From Deltaproteobacteria bacterium (GTDB taxonomy: Bacteria; Desulfobacterota; Dissulfuribacteria; Dissulfuribacterales; QOAL01), in assembly GCA_026992735.1 (NCBI GenBank), contig JALWYO010000017.1:373-64372 (forward strand): DNA of 64,000 bases, in the 5' to 3' direction. Positions 8,166 through 17,331 of the stretch are shown here, in pieces (the stretch's first letter is position 1; each line of letters starts with the position of its first letter). The notes under the pieces are model-generated. The model saw nothing but the letters and a program-made list of their open reading frames with translations. It made no database searches and was not told the DNA's origin. The position numbers were made by a program, and so were the translations under genes.

Positions 8166-9359
8166 TCCCAATGCCGCAAGGGCCTCCGCCACACCACCAG
8201 CAATGGCCTGCCAGCTATACGGCCTTACTGCGTCAACCCGCTGCGTGACGGCATGGCTGTTCCCGGCATTTGCAAGCGCCCTGGAAATGGCAGCGGCAAA
8301 GGAAGCCGCCCCCCTTGCAAAGGCAACAACCTTGCTGAACTGCATGATATCAGGCAGGGGGATTGAGACAACCGGTTTTCCCATGGCAAGGTATTCGTAT
8401 ATCTTTACAGGGTTTACGGCCTGAACGGCGCTGTCTTCCCTGAAGGGCAGCCAGCACAGGTCAAATCCGCCGGCAATGCCCGGCAATTTTTCGTATGAAC
8501 TTGCCGGGATATGCAGGCAATTGTCAAGACAAAAGACTCGGTCCATCCTGCCGGCATCATCTCTTGGCCCAACAAACACAAATGTGCAGCCTGGAAGCAG
8601 CCGGGCCACCTGCTCCACCAGCCTGGCATCCATCCAGTGAGAAATGGTCCCGAAATACCCGACTACTGGCCGGCCCGGCGGCCAGGGCTGCCTGCCGCCA
8701 TGCCTGGGAAAAGACGCCCTGGCCCAGTGATCCAGGTCAACACCGTTCGGGGCCAGGGAGACCCCATACTCCCCTCTCAAGGCAACAGCCCTCTGGAACA
8801 GCCTTCCGGAACTGGCAAATACCAGGTCGGCCCTTTTCACCAGCCAGTCCTGCATCTCCACCACGGCCCGGGGAAGATGCCTGAACAGAGCATAGTCATC
8901 CATCCAGTCAAAGACCAGGAGGTCTGGCCTGGCGGCCCGGACAGCATGCCTCAGGAAAGGTGCGGGAGCACCTGTCCAGAGTATCCTTTTTCCTGGACAG
9001 GCTGCCGCCTTGCTGCGGAAAAAGCAGGAAAAAACGAGGCTGTTGTACTTCTCAACCGCTGCCAGGCCGTGAAAAGGCAGGAAAGGAAGGCGCTTGACAT
9101 GCAGGTTGCTGCCAGCCACACTGCGCCCCTGAGCATCTCGGCGCACGAAGAACAGGTTGCGCAACCTGGCCATATCCCTCAGGGCGGGATTCCTCAGGCC
9201 AGCAGGCTGGACATAGAAAAAGCTGCTGCACTGCCGCGCAAGATGGACGGCCAGGTGCTGGGGCCGCTGGAACAGCCCCTGCCATTCAACAGGGGGATAA
9301 TAGACTATCATCCCTGGAAAATCCCTTACAGGTGGCGAAGCATTACCGTCTTTCTGCAT
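8163..9359 (-). CDS. GT-B fold glycosyltransferase (GT1/GT4-like, TuaH-like)
   Basis: 398 aa. The C-terminal half has the typical pattern ...VGYFGTISHWMD...LPFREDSAVQAVNPVKIYEYLAMGKPVVS. Confidence 0.75.
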   Translation of the reverse strand: MQKDGNASPPVRDFPGMIVYYPPVEWQGLFQRPQHLAVHLARQCSSFFYVQPAGLRNPALRDMARLRNLFFVRRDAQGRSVAGSNLHVKRLPFLPFHGLAAVEKYNSLVFSCFFRSKAAACPGKRILWTGAPAPFLRHAVRAARPDLLVFDWMDDYALFRHLPRAVVEMQDWLVKRADLVFASSGRLFQRAVALRGEYGVSLAPNGVDLDHWARASFPRHGGRQPWPPGRPVVGYFGTISHWMDARLVEQVARLLPGCTFVFVGPRDDAGRMDRVFCLDNCLHIPASSYEKLPGIAGGFDLCWLPFREDSAVQAVNPVKIYEYLAMGKPVVSIPLPDIMQFSKVVAFARGAASFAAAISRALANAGNSHAVTQRVDAVRPYSWQAIAGGVAEALAALG

Positions 9360-9417
9360 TATTTAAACCTGGCCAAACCGTATCCAGCCCTGTATTTACT
9401 TGATATTCCTGTCTGCA

Positions 9418-11847
9418 ATGAGTACGTTTTCCATCCTGACAGCCAAGGTACGCAATCATCAACAGGACAAATACATCATACCTGAAATGATAAACGAGAG
9501 ACAGTTTAAAAACATGGTCCGCCGATCTCTCCAGGCAATGTTCGGACATGACAATGAACCTGTGATCAGGAACTGGTACCAGTTTTACTTCGACAGGTAT
9601 AAAAAGGCCAGGGATACACTGCGCCCGCCCGGCCTCGGCGGGTTAAAATGCCCATCTGTTCCAGGCCTGGTTTCCATTGTCCTGCCTGTTTATAATGGCG
9701 AGGCCCATCTCGCCGAGGCCATAGACAGCATACTTGCACAGACCTACCGCAATATCGAGCTCATCATTATAGATGATGGCTCAAGCGACTCCAGCCCTGA
9801 GATAATAGACAAATACGCAGGGGCAGACTCCAGGATAAAAGTCATACACCAGGAAAACCGCAAGCTGCCCCGAAGCCTGTCCCGCGGCTTCAGGCTTGCC
9901 AGGGGCGAATACCTCACCTGGACCAGCGATGACAACCGGCTAAAGCCGGAATGCATGGAACTCCTGGTGGACTGCCTGCGCAGGCATCCATCCTGGGACA
10001 TGGTTTATGCCAACATGGACATCATAGACGAAGATGGCATGCCCCTTCGCGACTCCGAATGGTACTGCAACTACCAGGTGCCTGCAGGAAGCGAGCACGT
10101 ACACCTTCCTGCAGACACGGCTGAGCTCAACACGTGGCCAAACCAGTATATCGGAGCAGCCTTTCTCTACAGGGACAGGGTGGGCGCGCTGCTGAGAGAC
10201 TACAGCAGGTGGAGATTTACCATTGAGGACTATGACTATTTCATGCAGATCAACGAGTTTTTCAGGATAAAGCACTCGGATTTCCCGGACACGGTCTATG
10301 AATACAGGCTCCACGGCCGCTCACTCACATCCAGGGAAAAGGAGCTGCAGATCCTTGAACAGCGTGAATTCCTCATGGTATTCGACGATTTCAGACGTGA
10401 TTTCAACCTTACGCCGGTACTGTGGATGATTGAGGGAACCGATGTTGCAGGCAGGCGGCTTGCAACAGACATGGAACAACAAATCCTTGATGCAGGAGAC
10501 CTGGCAATGTCTCCCGGCACGCTGCAGGGTGAAGGCCTGCCCCGCCTGTGGTTTCCCTGCTGTTATGTCCATGTGGCCGAGCGCTATTCGGAAGACCTTG
10601 TTCCTCCGCCAGCTACCATACCTGCAAATTCCGCAAAGATCCTGGTAATTGCTGCCGGAAAACTTCCCGGTCAGGTAAACGGGGACTGGGATATGTGCAT
10701 AACCCTGGATAAAGACATGGATCTCGTGACCTGCGGGAAACCTTGGCAGGGCTGGTACAGTGCCAGGGACTGCCGCACCGTGGCCGCCGCTGCCGAAATC
10801 CTGTGCAGGAAACTCCAGTTCCAGGCACTGGAAGACGAAATATTCTCCAGAAAACAGTCCGATATTCCCTATTCCGTGGTAATCTGCACCTACAGGCGCA
10901 CTCACATTCTGGAAAAGGCATTGCGCTGCGCTGCACGTCAGGATTTTGACCAGGATAAATACGAAGTGATTGTAGTAAATAATGATCCTGGATCACAATC
11001 CGGCGCAGAGGTGGAAGGCCTGGTAAAAAAAGTCCGCAGGAAAGAATTCCAGGGCAGGGAGGACCGCCTGCGCCTTGTAGTCTGCCCGTTCAAGGGCCTG
11101 TCCCATGCCAGAAACGCAGGCATCAGCGAGGCCAGGGGTGAGGTGATCTGTTTCCTGGACGACGATTCAGCGCCTGAAAAGGACTGGCTCTCTTTCATAC
11201 ATGAGGCATACAGTCAGGAACCAGGAGCCGGCGTCGTGGGAGGAAGGATACAGGTCGAAGTGCCCGAACCGAGGCCGGAATGGCTGGAGGACCAGGCACT
11301 GCCATACTGGAGCCACTTTGACCCCGGCTTTGACAGCCTGACCTGGACAGAAAACTGGTGGGAATTTCCCTGGGGCGCCAACTGGACGGCACGGCGGCAG
11401 GCGCTCCTGGAGATCGGCGGGTTCAGGTGCCGCTATGGCAGAAAGGGAAACGATTTCGGAGGCGGAGAAGAACTGCTTGCCGCCTGCCTGGTTCACCGCC
11501 TCGGCTACAAGATTGGCATCGCCCCTGCTGCACTGGTACGGCACATGGTGGACAAGAACAGGTTCACCAAAAAACACGTCTGCAAAACCATACGCTCGGC
11601 CCTGCTGGTCAACTACAGGCTCCAGACCGACCTCTACATGCCAAGGTGGCTTGGAGCCAGGGCTGCCGCTAAAAAAACTGGAAGTTGGCTGGGCGGCATT
11701 GCAGGATACCTGAAGCTTACCCCGTTCAAAAAACTGGAACTGCGCTGCAATATAGCCGCGCACATTGCCCTGCTCAAGCTAATGGCGCAGGACTACAGAA
11801 ACAGGCTAAAACTCGGAAACGGTAAGCCAGGTGAGAAAAATGACTGA
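9418..11847 (+). CDS. Two-domain family-2 glycosyltransferase (GT2-GT2)
   Basis: GT2 signature occurs twice: VSIVLPVYNGEAHLAEAIDSILAQTYRNIELIIIDDGSSD and YSVVICTYRRTHILEKALRCAARQDF..YEVIVVNNDPGS...FLDDDS. The ORF track starts at TTG 9400. I prefer ATG 9418, but the start is uncertain. Confidence 0.8.
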   Translation: MSTFSILTAKVRNHQQDKYIIPEMINERQFKNMVRRSLQAMFGHDNEPVIRNWYQFYFDRYKKARDTLRPPGLGGLKCPSVPGLVSIVLPVYNGEAHLAEAIDSILAQTYRNIELIIIDDGSSDSSPEIIDKYAGADSRIKVIHQENRKLPRSLSRGFRLARGEYLTWTSDDNRLKPECMELLVDCLRRHPSWDMVYANMDIIDEDGMPLRDSEWYCNYQVPAGSEHVHLPADTAELNTWPNQYIGAAFLYRDRVGALLRDYSRWRFTIEDYDYFMQINEFFRIKHSDFPDTVYEYRLHGRSLTSREKELQILEQREFLMVFDDFRRDFNLTPVLWMIEGTDVAGRRLATDMEQQILDAGDLAMSPGTLQGEGLPRLWFPCCYVHVAERYSEDLVPPPATIPANSAKILVIAAGKLPGQVNGDWDMCITLDKDMDLVTCGKPWQGWYSARDCRTVAAAAEILCRKLQFQALEDEIFSRKQSDIPYSVVICTYRRTHILEKALRCAARQDFDQDKYEVIVVNNDPGSQSGAEVEGLVKKVRRKEFQGREDRLRLVVCPFKGLSHARNAGISEARGEVICFLDDDSAPEKDWLSFIHEAYSQEPGAGVVGGRIQVEVPEPRPEWLEDQALPYWSHFDPGFDSLTWTENWWEFPWGANWTARRQALLEIGGFRCRYGRKGNDFGGGEELLAACLVHRLGYKIGIAPAALVRHMVDKNRFTKKHVCKTIRSALLVNYRLQTDLYMPRWLGARAAAKKTGSWLGGIAGYLKLTPFKKLELRCNIAAHIALLKLMAQDYRNRLKLGNGKPGEKND

Positions 11848-14359
11848 CAATTCCGCACACAGCACCATGGGAACGGGTGAGCATAAAGGCAACGGCAATG
11901 GGCCGCTGGTTACAATAGTAATTCCAGCCTATAATCACGAACGCTTTGTTGCCGACTCTGTTAAAAGCGTCCTGTCACAGGTCTATAAAAACTGGGAATT
12001 AATCATCATAGACGATGGTTCCACTGACAGAACAGGGAAGATAGTGGACGGCTTCTCTGGCCATGACAGGATAAAGATCATCCACCAGGAAAACCAGGGG
12101 CTAAGCCCTACACTTAACCAGGGCCTGGAGATGGCCCAGGGTGAATACTTTGGATTCCTGCCGTCCGATGACATGTTTTATCCTGAAAAACTCCTGCTGC
12201 AAGTGGACTTCCTTCAAAAACACACCGAACTCGCAGGAGTGGGAAGCCTCCAGACCCTGATAGATGCGGAAGGCAAACCCATCCATGATACTCACATGGA
12301 ACACTGGTTCTCCTATGAACCGCAATCCAGGGCGGACTTCCTGCTGAAACTCCTGGAACGAAACTTCGTGCCGGCCCCTTCCATGCTGCTTCGCACTGAC
12401 ATTGTGCGCTCATCCGGAGGTTTTGCTGAGAATATCACCTACATGCAGGATTATGACCTGTGGTTCAGAATACTCAAAAACCATGACATGAAGATCATGC
12501 CGCGCCAGCTCATATATTACAGGTGGCATGGCGGGAATCAGACCTACAAGGCCACGGAAGAAACCGAGGCTGAACGAGGCCTGGTCTTCGAAAGGGCTGC
12601 TAAACTCATAGACATCCCTGATCTTTATCCCAGCATGTGGGACGGCTGGAGACCTGAACTCATAGCCTTGGCCAGGGCAGACCTGTTCCAGCACCTGTCG
12701 GTTAATCCAACGCCAAACTTTGAGGAGATCCGGGGGATATTTGATGAAAAATTCACGCAGATATGGCGCCAGAGGAAACAGCTTGACATACCGGCACCGT
12801 TGCTGGAAAAGGTCAGCCCCTGCATACTGAACAGCGATCAGCCCCCTGCTGTTATGATAGAGGTCAACAGCCTGGATTCAGGCGGCCTTGAGCAGGTTGT
12901 CCACGACCTGGCACTATCACTTGCAGACATAGGCACCCCGGTAACTGTCACCTGTGTCGAAAAAGGCGGGCTCACAGCCGACAGGCTCATGAAAAAGGGC
13001 ATAAGGGTGGAAATTCTCCCGCCGAACGGCAAGGCAGATGCATACAGGAATATAATCAGAGACGCTGGCATAAGGCTCGTGAATGCCCACTATTCCGCCT
13101 TCGGGGCATCGATATGCCTGGAGCAGGCCATACCATTTGTATCCACCATCCACAATATATACTCATGGCTGCCCGCTGGCATTACGGAGGGTATCAGGGA
13201 AACCGACCCATTGGTCTCCCACTATATAGCAGTATCCACGGATGCCAGGGACTACCTGGTATCCAGGTTCAATATCAAGGCTGAAAAAATTACCGTGATC
13301 CCCAATGGCCTGGACGTGGCTGGCTGGCAAAAAAAACAGCAATCGGCCAGGGATATGAGAAAAGAGGCCGGGCTTTCCAGCCGGGATTATATTTACCTGT
13401 GTATCGCAAGCATCAGCCGGGTCAAGGGACAGGACCGCATTGTCAGGGCGATGCCTGAAGTATTAAAGCAATGCCCGCAGGCCAAGGCGATACTCGTTGG
13501 AGAAAAGGTGGACGAAGCCTTCTGTGCCTACCTTGACAATCTCATACATGACCGCGGGCTGGATCAAAACGTTATAATCAGGGAGTTTGATCCTGATCCA
13601 GCTTCCTGGTATTTCTCTGCAAATGCCTTTGTGTTGCCGTCTGTGATAGAAGGATGGAGCATCTCCATGATGGAGGCCATGTTCGCCGGACTTCCGCTGA
13701 TAATGACAGATCTGGCAGGAGCAAGGACGGTCATGGCACGCCAGAAACTGGGCATATTGCTGCCACGCCCGTTTGGAATGGTGCCTGAACTGGGCGGGGA
13801 CTTTATGGAAAGATACTGCATGATGGATGCTGACCCGATGATAACAGACCTTGCAAGTGCAATGCTGGCATTCTGTTCAGATCCCGAGAAGTGGCAAAAG
13901 GCTGGTATCACGGGCAGAAAACTCGTGCAAGAACAATTCAATGTGCAGAGGCAGGCCAAGGCCTGTAAAGACCTGTTCAACAGGGTCATGATGAATTTTT
14001 CCAGCAGGTTCGTGGAATTTTACAACCAGCGATTTCAAGATCTGAACAGGGCCCTGGAATCCTCGCAGAGGACCATAGAAAAACTGTATGAACAGCAGAG
14101 ACAGGGATACTGGCTCAACGAAGTTCACAGGGAACTCGAAAAGGCATTAGATGACAAACTGGCATTGACAGAAGCACTGGAACAGGAAAAGCGGGCAAGA
14201 CAACAGGAAAGGCAGGCACTGGAGAGCAGATTGGCCGATGCATTAAACCAAGTCCGGCAACTTCAACAAGAGCTGAACACCATTTACAATTCCAAAAGCT
14301 GGAAATTGATAAGCAGCTATAGAAAGCTCAGGGAAACATCCTTGAACAGAAACAAATAG
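11840..14359 (+). CDS. Three-module glycosyltransferase: GT2 + GT4-like (GT-B) + C-terminal coiled coil
   Basis: Module 1 is LVTIVIPAYNHERFVADSVKSVLSQVYKNWELIIIDDGSTD. Module 2 is VMIEVNSLDSGGLEQVVHDLA...FVLPSVIEGWSISMMEAMFAGLPLIMTD. The last ~110 aa are heptad-rich (EQEKRARQQERQALESRLADALNQVRQLQQELNTIYNSKSWKL). ATG 11840 overlaps the upstream stop (ATGACTGA). Confidence 0.8.
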   Translation: MTDNSAHSTMGTGEHKGNGNGPLVTIVIPAYNHERFVADSVKSVLSQVYKNWELIIIDDGSTDRTGKIVDGFSGHDRIKIIHQENQGLSPTLNQGLEMAQGEYFGFLPSDDMFYPEKLLLQVDFLQKHTELAGVGSLQTLIDAEGKPIHDTHMEHWFSYEPQSRADFLLKLLERNFVPAPSMLLRTDIVRSSGGFAENITYMQDYDLWFRILKNHDMKIMPRQLIYYRWHGGNQTYKATEETEAERGLVFERAAKLIDIPDLYPSMWDGWRPELIALARADLFQHLSVNPTPNFEEIRGIFDEKFTQIWRQRKQLDIPAPLLEKVSPCILNSDQPPAVMIEVNSLDSGGLEQVVHDLALSLADIGTPVTVTCVEKGGLTADRLMKKGIRVEILPPNGKADAYRNIIRDAGIRLVNAHYSAFGASICLEQAIPFVSTIHNIYSWLPAGITEGIRETDPLVSHYIAVSTDARDYLVSRFNIKAEKITVIPNGLDVAGWQKKQQSARDMRKEAGLSSRDYIYLCIASISRVKGQDRIVRAMPEVLKQCPQAKAILVGEKVDEAFCAYLDNLIHDRGLDQNVIIREFDPDPASWYFSANAFVLPSVIEGWSISMMEAMFAGLPLIMTDLAGARTVMARQKLGILLPRPFGMVPELGGDFMERYCMMDADPMITDLASAMLAFCSDPEKWQKAGITGRKLVQEQFNVQRQAKACKDLFNRVMMNFSSRFVEFYNQRFQDLNRALESSQRTIEKLYEQQRQGYWLNEVHRELEKALDDKLALTEALEQEKRARQQERQALESRLADALNQVRQLQQELNTIYNSKSWKLISSYRKLRETSLNRNK

Positions 14360-14616
14360 CCGAACATCTTTGTTTTACTTTCATTAATACGGTTTCATTT
14401 CCCTGGTTCTTAGCGCAAAAAGGAAAATCCATATAACCTTTTTAAATACTACCTGGATTCATAATCTCACTAAAAGATCAACACAACGGTAAGGCTAAAT
14501 AGCCGCCAATACAGCGGTGCAACCAACCTTCAAAATCCCTCTGAACCTGTTGCGGGGCATGGCCTTACAAAATGCGTCAAGCGGTTTGGCGGTCGGCTTG
14601 AGCCCATGGCTCGCTT

Positions 14617-15030
14617 CTATTTTCTACGGCTTACATACTGATCCAGAAAATTTCTGGGTTTTAAAATCTTAACTTCCTGATATTTCGCTATATTCAGCAA
14701 GTATTTGTCACCACTGACAATTATCTGGCAACCGCCAGCTATGGCACATTCCAGAAATTTGTCGTCATCTGGATCTTCACATTCCTTGATTTCAATTCCA
14801 TTTGTATCAACAATCTCAGAATTCAAGATGAACAGGTCTAAAATCTCAGCGATTTTAATCAGAGGAAACTTTCGACTGATCTCTTCTGCAACTCTCACAT
14901 ATTCAATGATTATCGGTTCCGAAATAACCGACAAAAAGGCCCGCTTCTTCCAATGATCTAATATTTTAGCAGGTAGTCCAGAAAAGAAAATGCCAGAGAT
15001 CAGGACATTGGTGTCAATGACCACCCTCAC
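14617..15030 (-). CDS. PIN-domain toxin (VapC-like)
   Basis: 137 aa. MRVVIDTNVLISGIFFSG... and acidic residues typical of PIN_3-type toxins. GTG start overlaps the antitoxin stop by 1 nt. Confidence 0.8.
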   Translation of the reverse strand: MRVVIDTNVLISGIFFSGLPAKILDHWKKRAFLSVISEPIIIEYVRVAEEISRKFPLIKIAEILDLFILNSEIVDTNGIEIKECEDPDDDKFLECAIAGGCQIIVSGDKYLLNIAKYQEVKILKPRNFLDQYVSRRK

Positions 15031-15308
15031 TATTGTGACCTTACTTTTCTTATGGCTCCCTCAATATCAGACTTTTTCAGGCCCACCTCCTTTGAAGATT
15101 GCCGAGCCTTGTTTATGAGATGATCAAATTCATCAATAGATGGAGGAGATATCTTTTTCAAAATTACGACATCTTTATCCCCGAGAACTACGAATTGGAC
15201 ACCTGTCTCAAGTTTTAACTTTTTTCTTATATTCTCAGGGATGACGACCTGCCCCTTTGATGATAATTTTGTAGTAGCTATATCTGCCATAATCATAACC
15301 TCGTCCAA
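15030..15308 (-). CDS. AbrB/SpoVT-family antitoxin
   Basis: 92 aa. TKLSSKGQVVIPENIRKKLKLETGVQFVVLGDKDVVILKKI is a swapped-hairpin AbrB/MazE-type DNA-binding motif. Lies immediately upstream of the PIN gene. Confidence 0.8.
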   Translation of the reverse strand: MDEVMIMADIATTKLSSKGQVVIPENIRKKLKLETGVQFVVLGDKDVVILKKISPPSIDEFDHLINKARQSSKEVGLKKSDIEGAIRKVRSQ

Positions 15309-15337
15309 TTTTGCCTTTTTGCAAATAAGACTGTATC

Positions 15338-15367
15338 AAAATCTGCGCGGATTTATTGAGAATTTAC
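15338..15367 (-). repeat. Solo copy (E) of the dispersed 30-nt module GTAAMTTCTCAATA...GCRAATT
   Basis: The reverse complement reads GTAAATTCTCAATAAATCCGCGCAGATTTT. Compare 44052-44081 and 50587-50616. Confidence 0.6.
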
Positions 15368-15384
15368 CCATTTTTACTTTGAAA

Positions 15385-17331
15385 TCACTTATCTGCAAGC
15401 GGGCATTCCAACAGCTGTCTCAATATTCGGCCGTGGGCGGTATCATTGCCTGCCATGCCACAGGTATCTTTTACCCTGTCCCAAAACGCTTTGTCAGCAG
15501 TACGGGCATGACAGGAAACACATGTGCCTATGCGGCGTATGCGCTGGAGCTCTTCCCTGCTAAAGGGACGGGCCCTGTCATGGCTTGTAGCCTGGATCTG
15601 GGTGCCGTTATCACTAACGATCCTCTCTAACTCAAACGTGATGCCGAGGCCGTTGGCCTTGGGCCTGTATATACCGGTGCCAAGCCCCAAGGCCTTGGGG
15701 TTTGCATGGCAGTCCTGGCATGACCTGGCCCTGGCGCTCACGGTGTGCGGCTGGATGGGATTGGTGGCTATCCCAGACAGGCCGTCATAGGTGGTAAAGA
15801 CCTTGTTGAGCGCCACTGTCCTGCCATCCGGCCCTATGCCTGTAAAAAAGACCTGACAGCCAGGTATAAACGGGGAAACTCTGCCCTCTGCATTGATACC
15901 CAGGGCCGGGCTCTCCCAGCGCAGGTAAGATCTGGTCTCTCGCCACTTACAGCAAGCCTTCTTTGCATTGACCGCTCTGCCCGCCATGGTTTCGTCCGGA
16001 ACATTATCATTCTGCAACCAGTCATGGGACCTCGTGGTACAGTCCTGCTGGGCATGACAGCCGTAACACTGGGGCGCCCACCTGGAATGACAGGCATAAC
16101 ACTCAAGCGCCTGCATGTGGCCGGAGATGCCCATTGCAGCCCTGGCTGAACCTGGGCCATTCTCGATTATTGTCTTTACCTGCGGCACCGGATGCCTCTC
16201 ACCCGTAACAGAAACAAGCACCACCTTTGAGCCTTCATGCTGCAAACGGTCAATGGGATTGCCCCAGGAAGTCTTCAGGGTTGTTGCACGGGTGGCAGTG
16301 CCATGGCAGTCCTGGCACTCTATTTCCACTGCCTGTTCTTTCTTGCTGTAGATGTTCCCGTCTCCATGACAGTCCTGCTCGGTGTGGCAATCCACGCAGT
16401 AAAGGCCCTTTTCAAAATGTACATCAGGCTGGAGATGATTGTAGTCTTTTCCATGCAGCTTTACAGCGCCTTTCTTACCTGGCCTGCCTGACCATGGAGA
16501 GCCATAACCATCTGATTCCATGGTACCTATGAAACTAACTCCCGTGCGCCCACCCCTGTTATGACAATGTATGCATTGCGCTGGGGGGATGATCCTGGTC
16601 AGCCTGTGCTTAATGGGCCATCCGCGCATGGAACCGGCAACTCTGCCATGCAGCGACACGGCCCTGTCATTGCCTTTGTACCTGCCATCATCGCCATAGG
16701 GCATGTGACATGCAGCGCAGCCGCTGGAGCGGAAATCCCCTGGGCGCTCCATGCCATAACTGTACAGGTGACACCTCAGGCATTCCTCTCTCAGGTAATC
16801 GTCAGCCGGGCTGTTAAATGGACCGGCAGAGACCGAAGGCCTATAGGAAGGCAGGCTGTCCAGGCGCGGCAGCGCACCGCGATCAGCAGGAACGTCTCCA
16901 TCCTTGTCTCTTACCGCATAATTTGCATAAAGTGCATTTTTTGTCTTCTGGGCAGCCCAAGTATAACGGGTTGCGCTGATTATGCCAGCGCTTGTGGCAT
17001 GGAGAGACTTGCGTGAACGGGCCAGTATCTCTGCATGACACTGCCCACAGGTCTTGTCAGCCACCCTGTAATCCGACGGATTTGCCCACATGCCACTGTG
17101 TGCATCCTCCCTGGAAGCGGCTTCAGGATGACCGCGGTGGCAGAACTGACATGCAAGTTCCTTCATGGGAGAAAGAGAAGAGATCGGCTCTATGCCTGCG
17201 TGACAGGAAAGGCATCCATGCCCTGCACGGCATATCCCTGGCCATGCAACAAGCACACACAGACATAACATTGCAGCCTGACATGACCAGATGCAGGCAT
17301 TACTGAAGAATGCTGTAATCAACCCTGCCAT
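15385..17331 (-). CDS. Dodecahaem c-type cytochrome
   Basis: 648 aa with 12 CxxCH motifs: CLSCH, CQFCH, CGQCH, CLRCH, CAACH, CIHCH, CVDCH, CQDCH, CYACH, CYGCH, CQDCH, CVSCH. Hydrophobic N-terminus. The first start overlaps the upstream moeA-PBP gene by 13 nt. An alternative start is M21 at 17271. Confidence 0.9.
   Translation of the reverse strand: MAGLITAFFSNACIWSCQAAMLCLCVLVAWPGICRAGHGCLSCHAGIEPISSLSPMKELACQFCHRGHPEAASREDAHSGMWANPSDYRVADKTCGQCHAEILARSRKSLHATSAGIISATRYTWAAQKTKNALYANYAVRDKDGDVPADRGALPRLDSLPSYRPSVSAGPFNSPADDYLREECLRCHLYSYGMERPGDFRSSGCAACHMPYGDDGRYKGNDRAVSLHGRVAGSMRGWPIKHRLTRIIPPAQCIHCHNRGGRTGVSFIGTMESDGYGSPWSGRPGKKGAVKLHGKDYNHLQPDVHFEKGLYCVDCHTEQDCHGDGNIYSKKEQAVEIECQDCHGTATRATTLKTSWGNPIDRLQHEGSKVVLVSVTGERHPVPQVKTIIENGPGSARAAMGISGHMQALECYACHSRWAPQCYGCHAQQDCTTRSHDWLQNDNVPDETMAGRAVNAKKACCKWRETRSYLRWESPALGINAEGRVSPFIPGCQVFFTGIGPDGRTVALNKVFTTYDGLSGIATNPIQPHTVSARARSCQDCHANPKALGLGTGIYRPKANGLGITFELERIVSDNGTQIQATSHDRARPFSREELQRIRRIGTCVSCHARTADKAFWDRVKDTCGMAGNDTAHGRILRQLLECPLADK

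Noticed and set aside
8511-9485. 324-aa plus-strand ORF, and other ORFs overlapping 8163-9359
   Set aside because: Antisense to the GT-B glycosyltransferase. Pro/Gly/Arg-rich shadow translation.
14480-14612. Possible gene remnant downstream of the PIN toxin (minus-strand frame ...KPTAKPLDAFCKAMPRNRFRGILKVGCTAVLAAI*)
   Set aside because: A short open stretch with no start, SD or recognisable family. I cannot support it as a pseudogene.
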